Numbered from the stretch's first letter, positions 37,503 to 47,585 are shown. The stretch is DNA of 64,000 nucleotides from an uncultured Dehalococcoidaceae bacterium (GCA_964462865.1 CAYWZO010000001.1:17309-81308); one strand, 5' to 3'. Notes: generated by a model from the sequence alone, not told the origin. Numbers and translations: made by a program.

Positions 37503-38726
37503 ATGGAAGAGATAACCGACAGGCAGGAGTTTACAGAGAAAGACATTCTTTCATCGGGAGTGACGCGGCGGCTCCTGGAAGCCAAGGCGCCCGGGGGACT
37601 ACGCAGCCCCCACGCCTGGATAATCGCGGGCATTTTTATCGTCTTTACCTACATTTACTACGGTGTCCTGAAGTCCTACCATGATATCTATGTCATCATC
37701 TTCTTCTACCCGATGATTTCAGCCGCAATCGTCTACCGCCTCAAGGGAGTGCTCGTCAGCGGTATTGCCTTCCTCGGCGTCATCATTCCCCAGGCCCTTC
37801 TCTTCGGCCACGACCTGGTATCACTGATGAGAACGCTCATCTTCGCCCTTTTTGCCTTCCTCATCAGCGGCCTGGGGGCGACGCTGCTGAACTACATCGA
37901 GCACCAGGTAGAAGCCTATAAAGAGATTGTTTCGCTTAACGAAGAGCTGAATAAATACATCGAGCGCCTGCAAAAGACACAGCAGCAGTTGATTCAGGCG
38001 GCCAAGCTCGGCTCCATCGGCGAGCTTTCAGCGGGGGTGGCCCACGAGCTAAACAATCCACTGGCCGGCGTGCTGGTCTACACCAGGCTGATTAAAGACA
38101 AGCTGGCGAGGGACGCCTATAATAAAGAGCAACTGACGAGCAACCTGGATAAAATAGAATCGGCCATAGAGTACTGTACCGGGATTACTCGCGGTCTGCT
38201 CGATTTTGCCCGGCAGTCACCGCCGCTGCTGCGGCCGGTCACGGTGAGCCGTGCCGTGGATAAGGCCCTGTCTCTGGTGGGGCACCAGGCCAAGATAAAG
38301 CGGATTGAGGTCGTCAGGGAGGAAGCCCCGGCGCTGCCGCTGGTCGTGGCGGACTTCAACCAGCTGGTGCAGGTCATCATCAACCTGGTAGTCAACAGCA
38401 TCGATGCCATGCAGGAAGGCTGCCAGGTGACTATCGGCACCTCTGGGGATAACGGGTGGGTCAGGATACGTGTCAGTGATACCGGCTGCGGCATTACCCC
38501 GGAAAACATGGAAAAGCTGTTCACCCCGTTTTTCACCACGAAGGAAGAGGTCAAAGGCGTGGGGCTGGGGCTGGCGGTATCCTATGGCATCATCGAGCGC
38601 CACGGAGGCAGGATTGAGGTTCAGAGCGAGGCAGGCAAGGGGAGCACCTTTACCGTTGTTTTACCGGCCTGCCAGAGCGAGGAGCCGCCCAAGCCAACCG
38701 AAAACCAGACTAACACTAGTCGTTAA
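37503..38726 (+). CDS. Orphan membrane sensor histidine kinase (HisKA/HATPase_c)
   Basis: Multi-TM N-terminus, coiled-coil linker, H-box GELSAGVAHELNNPLAG, N-box LVVNSIDAM, and G-boxes SDTGCGI and GVGLGLAVS. No cognate regulator is adjacent. Confidence 0.88.
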   Translation: MEEITDRQEFTEKDILSSGVTRRLLEAKAPGGLRSPHAWIIAGIFIVFTYIYYGVLKSYHDIYVIIFFYPMISAAIVYRLKGVLVSGIAFLGVIIPQALLFGHDLVSLMRTLIFALFAFLISGLGATLLNYIEHQVEAYKEIVSLNEELNKYIERLQKTQQQLIQAAKLGSIGELSAGVAHELNNPLAGVLVYTRLIKDKLARDAYNKEQLTSNLDKIESAIEYCTGITRGLLDFARQSPPLLRPVTVSRAVDKALSLVGHQAKIKRIEVVREEAPALPLVVADFNQLVQVIINLVVNSIDAMQEGCQVTIGTSGDNGWVRIRVSDTGCGITPENMEKLFTPFFTTKEEVKGVGLGLAVSYGIIERHGGRIEVQSEAGKGSTFTVVLPACQSEEPPKPTENQTNTSR

Positions 38727-40191
38727 GCGGCCAGGGTAAGGTCACGGTCAGCTCGGTCCCCTCGCCCGGCGCCGATTTTATTTGAAGACTGCCGTTGAGG
38801 AGACTGGCCCGTTCGTACATACCCATAATACCGAGTCGGCCTGCACTGACGCCTTCCCCCATTCTTTCTTTCACCACGAACCCCCGGCCATTATCGGCCA
38901 CGGTCATGGTAATACAGTTGTTACTGCCTTCGACGGTAATGGTCGCCCGGGAGGCCTGGGCATGTTTCCTGATGTTGTTCAGGGCTTCCTGGGCGATTCT
39001 GAAGAGGACTATCTGCGTTTCCGGCGTCAGCGCCCGGTCAAAGCCGGCCACCTTGACCTGTGTTTCAATACCCTGGTCGTTTTCCAGTTCCTCGGCGATC
39101 CACTCCAGGGCAGCCACCAGGCCAAGGTCATCGATGATGCGCGGCCTCAAGCCCTGGGCAGTGGCACGCAGGGCCTCCAGGGACTCCACGGCCTGGCCGC
39201 GGAGCCCGGCGATATTCTCTTTCAGGGACGATAGCTTGATACGCTGACCGGAGGACAGGTTGTCCAGCTTCTGAATGAGAATGAGTATGTTCGGAGAAAC
39301 ATCATCATGGAGGTCGCGGGCGATGCGTTTCCGCTCTTCCTCCTGGGCCATGGTGATCTGCTTGATATAGGCACGCATGTTTTCCTGCTGCTGCTTTTCC
39401 TGGGTGACGTCCCGGGCGACATGCTCGAAGCCCGTTATCCTGCCGCCGGAAATAATAGCGTTGGTGGTCATTTTGACCGTCCTGACCACGCCGGGGCTAA
39501 TATAGAATTGCTGCTCGTAAGGCTGCTCGAAGTCCTCCCCGTCCACCAGCTTGTTCCTGACCTCCCTGGCCAGTACCAGCGATTCCTCGCTCATAAATTT
39601 ACCAAGGTGGGTTCCTCTCACCTCGGCTATCTTAAGCCCGGTCAATTTCTCAAACGCCCGGTTGCCATCGACCAGGTAGCCATTGACATCCTGCACCCAG
39701 ATGGCATCACTGGCGTTTTCAAACAGATAGCGGTACTTCTGTTCGGAAATAGTCATGCCGCGCTCGGATTCTTCAAGACGGGACACGAGCTGCCGGTACA
39801 GGTCGCTCTCTTTTCTTTTCGTCTCGAACCACAGGTTTACCAGCACCCCAAGAATAACCACCGCACCGCTCTGCAAGAAGGCTTCCACGCGGTATTCAGA
39901 CATGAAATAAACCCGGGGCAGGATGATAATCAGCGATATCACCAGGGCGGCCATCCCGGCCCTCAAGCCGAAAAACATACCGGCGTAGGTTATCGGCACC
40001 AGGAAAAGGGTCCGCTCCACGGCAAAATGCGTCAACCCGAGAAAGGAAAGAAGGGAGGGCGATTCGACCGGCAGAAATTGCTGCGGATAATGGAAGATGG
40101 TGCCGATGATGAAAAAGGCCAACAATATCCAGAAATGGGGATTGGAGATGGTGATGGAAGCCTGTTTCAACGTACGAAAATAGTTGGCCAC
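38716..40191 (-). CDS. Membrane sensor histidine kinase (PAS, HisKA_3, HATPase)
   Basis: TM N-terminus, PAS (SEQKYRYLFENASDAIWVQD), H-box ERKRIARDLHDDVSPNI and C-terminal GEGTELTVTLP. GTG start. Confidence 0.88.
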   Translation of the reverse strand: MANYFRTLKQASITISNPHFWILLAFFIIGTIFHYPQQFLPVESPSLLSFLGLTHFAVERTLFLVPITYAGMFFGLRAGMAALVISLIIILPRVYFMSEYRVEAFLQSGAVVILGVLVNLWFETKRKESDLYRQLVSRLEESERGMTISEQKYRYLFENASDAIWVQDVNGYLVDGNRAFEKLTGLKIAEVRGTHLGKFMSEESLVLAREVRNKLVDGEDFEQPYEQQFYISPGVVRTVKMTTNAIISGGRITGFEHVARDVTQEKQQQENMRAYIKQITMAQEEERKRIARDLHDDVSPNILILIQKLDNLSSGQRIKLSSLKENIAGLRGQAVESLEALRATAQGLRPRIIDDLGLVAALEWIAEELENDQGIETQVKVAGFDRALTPETQIVLFRIAQEALNNIRKHAQASRATITVEGSNNCITMTVADNGRGFVVKERMGEGVSAGRLGIMGMYERASLLNGSLQIKSAPGEGTELTVTLPWPLND

Positions 40192-40227
40192 AATTCGCTG
40201 TCCTGCCGCGCCTCTGGAATATGGTAT

Positions 40228-40890
40228 TTACTGTATATCGTTAAGGTCGATATAGCCCTGCTTTAGTCCCTTGATGATGGCATCGGTGCGGCTGCTGCAG
40301 CCGAGTTTATTGAAAATATTGGTCATATGGGCTTTGACGGTGCGCAGGCTGATAAACAGTTTTTCAGACAGTTCCTTGTTGCTCAACCCCCGTGCCGCCC
40401 ATTTGAGAATTTCCATCTCCCTTGAGGTCAACTGCCCGCTCGTTTCACGCTCGTCCGGGCTTTTCGACAGGCTGGCCAGGCGCTGTACCAGCTTGCGGGT
40501 GACCTCGGAGTCGAGCACTGACTCGCCGGAACGCACCGCGCGTATCGCCCTGACAACATCATTGCCGGGGGAGTTCTTCAACAGATAGCCGCAGGCCCCG
40601 GCTTCCAGCAGGCCGATAATATAGCGGATATCACTGTAGGCCGTTAAAATCAGCAAAGCGGTGGCCGGGCTGACCTGCTTGATCTGCTTGGTGGCCTCGA
40701 CGCCGTTAAGTTTGGGCATCACGATGTCCATGATAATGATATCGGGCTTTATCTTGGCGGCCAGTTGGACGGCTGCTTCGCCATCGGCGGCCTCACCCAC
40801 CATCTCGAAATCCTTCTCCTTCTCGAGGAGATTGCGCATGCCCTCCCGAAGCATGGCATGGTCATCCGCGATCATAATCCTTGTTTTCAT
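40228..40890 (-). CDS. NarL/LuxR-family response regulator
   Basis: RIMIADDH, IIIMDIVMPKLNG, LILTAYS, GYLLKN and LTSREMEILKWAARGLSNKELSEKLFISLRTVKAHMTNIFNKL. Confidence 0.9.
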   Translation of the reverse strand: MKTRIMIADDHAMLREGMRNLLEKEKDFEMVGEAADGEAAVQLAAKIKPDIIIMDIVMPKLNGVEATKQIKQVSPATALLILTAYSDIRYIIGLLEAGACGYLLKNSPGNDVVRAIRAVRSGESVLDSEVTRKLVQRLASLSKSPDERETSGQLTSREMEILKWAARGLSNKELSEKLFISLRTVKAHMTNIFNKLGCSSRTDAIIKGLKQGYIDLNDIQ

Positions 40891-41212
40891 ATTGCTCCTA
40901 GCGGTTGATTTGAATGCCTATCTAAAGTGTTTCTCTACCATTCTAAAACGTTAACAGGAAAATGGCAATCGTTCGGGCTATATCCGGCAATCCACGACCT
41001 GTGTCCGGGACACAATTGTTCAAGATTGAGAAAAAAGATACAAATTGGAGACTGGATTAACATAAATAAGCATCCGGTTCTAGTACTTTGGGGCAATCAG
41101 AAATATGACTTACTGACTGCCAGGATGAGCCGTGGGGTCGGTTAAAGACGATGGTAAGAGGTGTTAACATAAATTGGTTAGGTGGTGCGGAAGGTTGGTA
41201 AGGTTGACCGGA

Positions 41213-41482
41213 ATGAGAGAAAGAAAAAACACCAATCATGATGCCAGGCTGGAAAAACGGAATGCCATCCTGGCAGCCCTGACTAAAGCCAGGGGTGAAA
41301 CGCCTGCCTCCGAGGTTACGGCAGAACCGGATGACGGGCATAACAGCTATTACACGATGAGCAAGGACGAAGTAGACGCCCTGGTTAAAGGTAATATGGA
41401 AAAAATAGAGAGCTGGGTCAACAACCTGGACAGGCGTCACGCGACCTGGCTTTTACGCTGGCTCATTAAAGAAAGCGGGTGA
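41213..41482 (+). CDS. Small hypothetical protein with the third copy of the 'KIESWV..LD' module
   Basis: YTMSKDEVDALVKGNMEKIESWVNNLDRRHATWLLRWLIKESG aligns with YDLTAEEKAALISADLRRIESWVGKLDKRLGTWIWCRLQQEKW. I prefer ATG 41213 to the listed TTG 41174. Confidence 0.55.
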   Translation: MRERKNTNHDARLEKRNAILAALTKARGETPASEVTAEPDDGHNSYYTMSKDEVDALVKGNMEKIESWVNNLDRRHATWLLRWLIKESG

Positions 41483-41542
41483 AAAAACGGTATGCATCGA
41501 TGACACGAAAAAGACCGATAGATGTAAAAGGAGAAGGATAAA

Positions 41543-43954
41543 ATGAAAGAAAGTAAAAAGATATTAATTGCAGACGACGAAAGTATTATACGCGACTCCC
41601 TGACGGACTGGCTGACCGACCGCGGTTATAAGGTGGTCACCGCCGAGGATGGCACCAAGACACTGAAAATGTTGACGCAGGAGAACAACTTCGGGGTGGT
41701 TGTCCTGGACGTCCGCATGCCGGGCAAAGACGGTTTCGCGGTTCTGGAAGAAGCCAAAAGACGCCATCCCGGCCTGAAATATGTATTCATCAGCGGGTAC
41801 CCCTCGGTAGATGCCATGACGCGGGGGATAAGGCTGGGGGCCGCCGGTTTCCTGACCAAGCCTTTCGACCCGGAAGAGTTGGAAAAGCTCATCCAGCACG
41901 CCCTGTACGGAGACGAAAAGACCGCCGCGGCAGCCACCGCCGAGTCCGCCCGGGCGGAAGAAGATATCCTGGGGCAGATATCCGGCAAAGAAATAGCGTC
42001 CATGATGGCGGAGAACCGCGTTTTCCAGCCCTCGAAAGAGTTCGCGGAGACGGCCGCGCTGAAGAGCCTTGACGAGTATAAAGCGTTATATAACTGGTCC
42101 ATCAAGAACCCGGAGGAATTCTGGGGCCAGATGGCCAACCAGCTTGACTGGTACAAGAAATGGGACAGGTTCCTGGAGTATGACTTTAAAAATAAGCCCG
42201 AGGTCAGGTACTTTATTGGCGGCAAGATTAATGTCAGCCAGAACTGCCTGGACCGTCACCTCGGTACCTGGCGCAAGAACAAGGCCGCCCTCATCTGGCA
42301 GGGCGAACCCGACGAAGATTCCAGGATTTTTACCTACCAGCAGCTGCACCGCGAGGTGTGCAAGTTCGCCAACGTTTTAAAGAAGCTCGGCGTGAAAAAA
42401 GGCGACACCGTTTCCCTGTATCTGCCGATGATTCCCGAGCTGGCCGTCGCCATGCTGGCCTGCGCCCGCATCGGCGCGGTGCACAGCGTGGTCTTCGGCG
42501 GTTTCAGCGCCGAGGCCCTGCGTGACCGCATCCAGGACGGCCGTTCGAAGATACTCGTCACGTCCAACGGCTACTGGCGCAGCGGCAAACAGATTAACAG
42601 CAAAGCCAACGCCGATACCGCCCTCAAGGACTGCCCCGACGTTGCCAACGTCGTCGTGGTCAAGAGGCTGGCCGGACTTAATGTCTCCATGCAGACCGGC
42701 CGCGACCAGTGGTGGCACGAGCTCATGAACGCCGCCGATATTTCCGACGAATGCGAGCCGGAACCGATGGACGCCGATGCCCCGCTCTTCATCCTTTATA
42801 CCAGCGGCAGCACCGGCAAGCCCAAGGGCGTGGTCCACACGCAGGCGGGCTATCTCCTGCACTGCTACCAGAGCATGAAATGGATATTCGATATTAAAGA
42901 AGAGGACACCTACTGGTGCACCGCCGATGTGGGCTGGGTCACCGGCCACAGCTACATCGTCTACGGCCCGCTGGCCATCGGCGCCGCCAGCCTCATGTTC
43001 GAGAGTGCCCCCAACTACCCCCAGCCCGACCGCGGCTGGCAGATTGTGGAGAAGTACGGCGTCAACGTCTTCTACACCGCCCCCACGCTTATCCGGGCCC
43101 TGATGCGGGAAGGTGAGGAGTGGCCCAACCAGCACGACCTTTCCAGCCTCCGTCTCCTCGGCAGCGTCGGCGAGCCCATCAACCCCGAGGCCTGGATGTG
43201 GTTCCACCGCGTTATCGGCAAGGAAAAGTGCCCCATCGTGGACACGTGGTGGCAGACGGAGACTGGCGGTATCCTGATTACGCCACTGCCCGGCGCTATT
43301 CCCACCAAGCCCGGCTCGGCCACGGTGCCCTTCCCCGGCGTCGAGCCGGTAGTCCTGCGGGAAAACGGGACCGAGGCCGGCGTCAACGAGGGCGGCTGGC
43401 TCTGCATTAAGAAACCGTGGCCCGGCATGATGCGCACCATCTATCGGGACCCCGAGAGATTCAAACAGACCTACTTCAGCAAGTTCCCCGGCTATTACTG
43501 CACGGGTGACGGCGCCCGCAAGGACGCGGACGGTTACTACTGGCTTATGGGCCGCATTGACGACGTGATTAACGTCTCCGGTCACCGCATCGGTACCGCC
43601 GAGGTGGAAAGCAGCCTGGTAGCCCACCCCAAAGTGGCCGAGGCGGCGGTCGTCGGTATGCCGCATTCTCTCAAAGGCCAGGGAATCTACGCTTACGTCA
43701 CCGTCAAGACCGGTATCAAGCCGGATGCGGACCTGGAGAAAGAGCTGAAAAACCACGTCCGCCAGATGATAGGCCCTATCGCCACGCCGGATGTCATCCA
43801 GTTCGCCGACGGCCTGCCCAAGACGCGTTCCGGTAAAATCATGCGCCGGATACTGGTCAAGATTGCCGCCGGCACGACCGATGACCTGGGCGATACCTCG
43901 ACCCTGGCTGACCCGTCGGTGGTGACGACGCTGGTTGCCGGTAAAAAGAAGTAA
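41543..43954 (+). CDS. acs: Response-regulator receiver domain fused to acetyl-CoA synthetase (AMP-forming)
   Basis: Residues 5-120 form a complete REC domain ([33 protein letters not shown]). After an Ala/Glu-rich linker comes a full Acs ([76 protein letters not shown]). Confidence 0.9.
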   Translation: MKESKKILIADDESIIRDSLTDWLTDRGYKVVTAEDGTKTLKMLTQENNFGVVVLDVRMPGKDGFAVLEEAKRRHPGLKYVFISGYPSVDAMTRGIRLGAAGFLTKPFDPEELEKLIQHALYGDEKTAAAATAESARAEEDILGQISGKEIASMMAENRVFQPSKEFAETAALKSLDEYKALYNWSIKNPEEFWGQMANQLDWYKKWDRFLEYDFKNKPEVRYFIGGKINVSQNCLDRHLGTWRKNKAALIWQGEPDEDSRIFTYQQLHREVCKFANVLKKLGVKKGDTVSLYLPMIPELAVAMLACARIGAVHSVVFGGFSAEALRDRIQDGRSKILVTSNGYWRSGKQINSKANADTALKDCPDVANVVVVKRLAGLNVSMQTGRDQWWHELMNAADISDECEPEPMDADAPLFILYTSGSTGKPKGVVHTQAGYLLHCYQSMKWIFDIKEEDTYWCTADVGWVTGHSYIVYGPLAIGAASLMFESAPNYPQPDRGWQIVEKYGVNVFYTAPTLIRALMREGEEWPNQHDLSSLRLLGSVGEPINPEAWMWFHRVIGKEKCPIVDTWWQTETGGILITPLPGAIPTKPGSATVPFPGVEPVVLRENGTEAGVNEGGWLCIKKPWPGMMRTIYRDPERFKQTYFSKFPGYYCTGDGARKDADGYYWLMGRIDDVINVSGHRIGTAEVESSLVAHPKVAEAAVVGMPHSLKGQGIYAYVTVKTGIKPDADLEKELKNHVRQMIGPIATPDVIQFADGLPKTRSGKIMRRILVKIAAGTTDDLGDTSTLADPSVVTTLVAGKKK

Positions 43955-44061
43955 ATACCATGAGTCGCCGGGGCGGCAGGTGCTGCCGATGGGCGTGATA
44001 GCCAAATAAAGATAATCTATTAACCTCAACGCTTTTAGTTCCCCCTCTCCCTTCGGGGGAT

Positions 44062-44222
44062 GTTGTATCAAAAGTGCCGCTTAATGTCACCCTGAGCCCT
44101 TCGGTTACCCTCAGGATAAACTCCGCGAAGGGTCTCGGAGTGGTGGGGTTGATACGTACGGCGCCCCGCCTTACGCCGAGATTCTTCGTCGCTCCGCTCC
44201 TCAGAATGACGTTTGATACAAA
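44062..44222. repeat. REP/MITE-like palindromic element ('gtcaccctgag ... ctcagaatgac' type)
   Basis: The outer inverted repeat is ttgtatcaaa (44063-72) / tttgatacaa (44212-21). The inner ends are gtcaccctgag (44086-96) / ctcagaatgac (44200-10). Only spurious ORFs occur on either strand. Confidence 0.65.
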
Positions 44223-44263
44223 ACCCTCTTTGGGGCCAGGGGGACGCGTTTTTCTTCAACGCC

Positions 44264-45181
44264 TCAAGGCTGGTCGGCCCGCGGCAGGTTGCAGATAAGT
44301 CCCGTGGGGCAGGACTCGCACTCGAGCTGGAGGGTGGTGTGGGTGATGTTGAACTCCCCGGCCAGCACCTCGTTCACCTTCGTGATAATATCACAGCTCT
44401 GGCTTACCGTCTGGTCGGCGATGGCCAGGTGGGCGCTCAAGGCATAGATACCGGAAGTAATCGTCCAGATATGAATATCATGCAGGTCGACCACGCCGGG
44501 AACGGCTTTCACGGCATTGATTACCTTATCCATCTCGATATGCGGTGGCACCGATTCCAGCAGGATATCCACCGACTCTTTGACGATGCGCACGGCCCCC
44601 CAGAGAATCACGATACCAATAATGACCGCCAGGACGGGGTCGGCGAGATACCAGCCGGTGAAGAAAATGATGACGCCGGCGATAATGACCCCCACCGAGG
44701 ACAGCGTATCGCCAATGACGTGCCAGAAAGCGGCCCGGACATTGATACTCTTCCGGCTACCCCGCCGTAAAAGGAGCATCCCGACGAGGTTGGCCACCAG
44801 GCCGATACCCGCCACCGCCATCATCAGCGGGCTTTTGACCACTGGCAGCGCAAAGAACCTGTGATAGGCCTGGTAAAAGATATAGACCGAGACCAGGATG
44901 AGGACCGTGCCGTTGACCAGGGCGGCCATGATTTCGGCGCGGTGATAGCCGTAGGTCCGGGTAGGGGTCGCTGGCCTTTTAGCTAAATTAATGGCGAACA
45001 GGCTCAACCCCAGGGCCAGGGCGTCGGTCAGCATATGGCCGGCGTCGCTTAAAAGCGCCAGGCTGTTGCTGAAGATGCCGCCGATGACCTCGGCGACCAT
45101 GATGGCGAGCACGATGCCGAGGGTTATTTTCAGCGGCCTGCCGATAAGGGAATCCCGGCGCTCTTCCTCATGACGGTGCAT
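44264..45181 (-). CDS. Cation diffusion facilitator (CzcD/ZitB-type) metal efflux protein
   Basis: SNSLALLSDAGHMLTDALALG, HVIGDTLSSVGVI, six TM segments and a C-terminal cytoplasmic domain. Confidence 0.88.
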   Translation of the reverse strand: MHRHEEERRDSLIGRPLKITLGIVLAIMVAEVIGGIFSNSLALLSDAGHMLTDALALGLSLFAINLAKRPATPTRTYGYHRAEIMAALVNGTVLILVSVYIFYQAYHRFFALPVVKSPLMMAVAGIGLVANLVGMLLLRRGSRKSINVRAAFWHVIGDTLSSVGVIIAGVIIFFTGWYLADPVLAVIIGIVILWGAVRIVKESVDILLESVPPHIEMDKVINAVKAVPGVVDLHDIHIWTITSGIYALSAHLAIADQTVSQSCDIITKVNEVLAGEFNITHTTLQLECESCPTGLICNLPRADQP

Positions 45182-45224
45182 ACTACTACTCTAACGCGCC
45201 AACAGACGGGATTCAAGCCGGGAG

Positions 45225-46232
45225 TTACTTCTCTTCAGGTAGACCCAGTATTTCAGCCAGCTGCGTGGCGGTGTATTTACCTGGAGTCTCGTGATTGGCC
45301 GCCATTTCGCGGGCAATCGCTACCAGCTTCTCATTCAGGGGCGCTTTCAGGCCCAGCCTCGCCGCCAACCGCACAATCTCGCCGTTGAGGAACTCCGTCT
45401 CCACGCTCCCCTGACGGCGGGCCAGGCTCTGCCATGTCGAGCTCTGGGCCTCGGTGTCGAGCCGGGCGCGCACGGAAGTCTCGGTTTCCGGCCAGTCCCG
45501 GCCGACCTGCTCCTGGGATATCCACCTTATACCGGCTTTTTCGATGATAGCCCGCGCTTCCTCGAACACGGCGCGATGCAGCGCCCGCGGGCTTCCCCAT
45601 TCACCGCCGGTGATAGCGCCGATAACGTTGCTTAAATTGGTCATGAGTTTGCCCCACTTATAGGGCATAACATCCGCCGAAGTCCTGACGAGGTAGCCGG
45701 CCTCGCGCAGTCCTCCGGCCACCGCCTCCACCAGAGCGTCATTCCCGGCGGGATACCGCCCGATGATATACCACCCGGGCGGGTCGCGGCGGGCGATGAC
45801 CTCACCATCCGTCAGATAAACCGCGCCAACGCGTACCATAGCGCCGTAGACATCAGCGAAATAGCGGGCCGCTATTTCTTCGTTACGCACGCCGTTCTGG
45901 AAGCAGAAGACCGGCACACCTTCGGTTACTTTTTTGAGGTCTTTAAGGGCGGTCTCCGTATCATGCCCCTTCATGCAGAGGCAGACGACGTCATCCGCGG
46001 TAAAATTTATCTGCTCTGGAGCAGTGACCGCCGGTATCTTCAGCGCGTACGTATCCAGGGGCGTGATGAGGCGCAGTCCCCGGTCATTAATGACGTTAAC
46101 ATGTTCCGGCCGGCCGATAAGGACGACGTCATGTCCAGTGCGCGCCAGGTGGCCCCCCATGATGCTACCGATGCCACCCGCGCCGTAAATGATATAGCGC
46201 AAGTCCACCCCTTTTACTGGTTCTAAAACCAA
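45225..46232 (-). CDS. 2-dehydropantoate 2-reductase (PanE/ApbA) family oxidoreductase
   Basis: IIYGAGGIGSIMGGHLARTGHDVVLIGR Rossmann N-terminus, plus an ApbA-type C-domain (KWGKLMTNL, STWQSLARRQGSVETEFLNGEI). Confidence 0.8.
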   Translation of the reverse strand: MVLEPVKGVDLRYIIYGAGGIGSIMGGHLARTGHDVVLIGRPEHVNVINDRGLRLITPLDTYALKIPAVTAPEQINFTADDVVCLCMKGHDTETALKDLKKVTEGVPVFCFQNGVRNEEIAARYFADVYGAMVRVGAVYLTDGEVIARRDPPGWYIIGRYPAGNDALVEAVAGGLREAGYLVRTSADVMPYKWGKLMTNLSNVIGAITGGEWGSPRALHRAVFEEARAIIEKAGIRWISQEQVGRDWPETETSVRARLDTEAQSSTWQSLARRQGSVETEFLNGEIVRLAARLGLKAPLNEKLVAIAREMAANHETPGKYTATQLAEILGLPEEK

Positions 46233-46877
46233 TTATAAAGGTCGGATGACGGCACGGCAGGGACCGGCATCGCCCTGGCGTAAGCGCAAAGGCAAAGCGA
46301 TAAGCTCGTACCGGCCGGCCCTCACTCCTTTGAGATTTATTTCTTCGAGGATGGAGACGCCGTTTTCCAGGAAAGTCATGTGCAAGAAGCGGTTGTCCTC
46401 GCGGTCTTCCCAGCCGCCCACGGTGAGATAGTCGATACCCACCAGCCGCACTTTCTTCTTGACCAGGTAAAGGGCCGCCTCCCGGGTGATATAGACATAG
46501 CCCGTGACGGACCTGTCATCATCGTATACCCAGGAGGAGTTTCTGGTCTTGAAAAGGATACGTTCCCCCGGCTGGATATCATAAGGCTCAAGCTCGGCGG
46601 GTTTTATCGACACGGTATCCTTGATTTCGATAACGCGCGCCGGTCCGATGAAGGTATCCAGAGGCAGCTCATCAATGGGCGTCCCATCGACGAAGAAGTG
46701 GCGGGGGGCATCGATATGCGTGCCGGTATGAGTGACCATGGTTATCTGCGCCATGGTGACCCGGTCGCCTTTAGCCGGGTCGCGGACGAGCTTAATCTCC
46801 ACCTTGGGGGCGCTGGGCCCGCCCAGCATTCCGGCGTATACCGGCAGGGAAATGTCTATCCAGTCTGATTTAGCCAT
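46233..46877 (-). CDS. Putative cyclase / arylformamidase (KynB-like) family protein
   Basis: The HTGTHIDAPRHF metal-binding motif; 214 aa. Confidence 0.75.
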   Translation of the reverse strand: MAKSDWIDISLPVYAGMLGGPSAPKVEIKLVRDPAKGDRVTMAQITMVTHTGTHIDAPRHFFVDGTPIDELPLDTFIGPARVIEIKDTVSIKPAELEPYDIQPGERILFKTRNSSWVYDDDRSVTGYVYITREAALYLVKKKVRLVGIDYLTVGGWEDREDNRFLHMTFLENGVSILEEINLKGVRAGRYELIALPLRLRQGDAGPCRAVIRPL

Positions 46878-46907
46878 ATGGTCACCTCCTGTATAAACAA
46901 GAATTAT

Positions 46908-47462
46908 TTACGGACTTAACCGGTACCTGGCCCTCCCCTCCTCGTACAGGTCCCCTCCGTAGATGTCATTAATCACGGTCACCGGGAAGTCTTTCACTTC
47001 CAGGCGCAGGAGGGCCTCCGGGCCGAGGTGTTCGTAAGCTATTACCTCTGATTTGACAATACTCTTGGATAATAACGCGCCCGTACCGCCGATGGCCGCC
47101 AGGTAGACCGCCTTGTGTTTCTTCATGGCCTCCTTGACCTCCGCCGAGCGGGGCCCTTTGCCGATCATTCCCTTCAGTCCCGCGGCGAGCAGTTGTGGCG
47201 TGTAATCGTCCATGCGCGTGCTGGTGGTCGGTCCCGCGGAGCCGATGGCACGGCCGGGGGGCGCCGGGGAAGGGCCGACGTAATAGATGGTCTGCCCCGT
47301 GACGTCAAACGGTAGCGGTTCGCCCCGCTCCAGCGTCTCCACCATTCTCTTATGGGCGGCGTCGCGGGCGGCGTACACCACGCCGGAGAGCCGCAGTCCG
47401 TCCCCGGCTTTGAGGGAGGCAATTACTTTTTCGGTCAGGGGTAATTTTTCTTTTTTTACCAT
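46908..47462 (-). CDS. Class I (Fe-S) fumarate hydratase / tartrate dehydratase, beta (C-terminal domain) subunit
   Basis: GVVYAARDAAHKRM, IYYVGPSPAPPG, GPTTSTRMD and MIGKGPRS. Confidence 0.85.
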   Translation of the reverse strand: MVKKEKLPLTEKVIASLKAGDGLRLSGVVYAARDAAHKRMVETLERGEPLPFDVTGQTIYYVGPSPAPPGRAIGSAGPTTSTRMDDYTPQLLAAGLKGMIGKGPRSAEVKEAMKKHKAVYLAAIGGTGALLSKSIVKSEVIAYEHLGPEALLRLEVKDFPVTVINDIYGGDLYEEGRARYRLSP

Positions 47463-47491
47463 TGCTATACCCTAAATTAACGACTAATCCA

Positions 47492-47576
47492 GTCATTGCG
47501 AGCGAAGCGAAGCAATCCCCATGATGAACGTAACCCAATGATAGAGATTGCCACGGGCTTCCGCCCTCGCAATGAC
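47492..47576. repeat. REP/MITE-like palindromic element ('gtcattgcgag ... ctcgcaatgac' family), copy 2
   Basis: Perfect 11-bp terminal inverted repeats. The core gcaatccccatgatgaa...aatgatagagattgccacg equals the reverse complement of the core of the 6875..7012 copy. It lies between the two fumarase subunit genes. Confidence 0.75.
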
Positions 47577-47585
47577 AAACAATAA

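Noticed and set aside
44068-44259. Short ORFs inside repeat elements: 44068..44259, 44074..44298, 12846..13073, 12950..13135, 47350..47622 and the tail of 6159..7004.
   Set aside because: They are generated by the palindromic repeat sequences on both strands and have no SD. Their 'proteins' are the typical translation artefacts of such elements.
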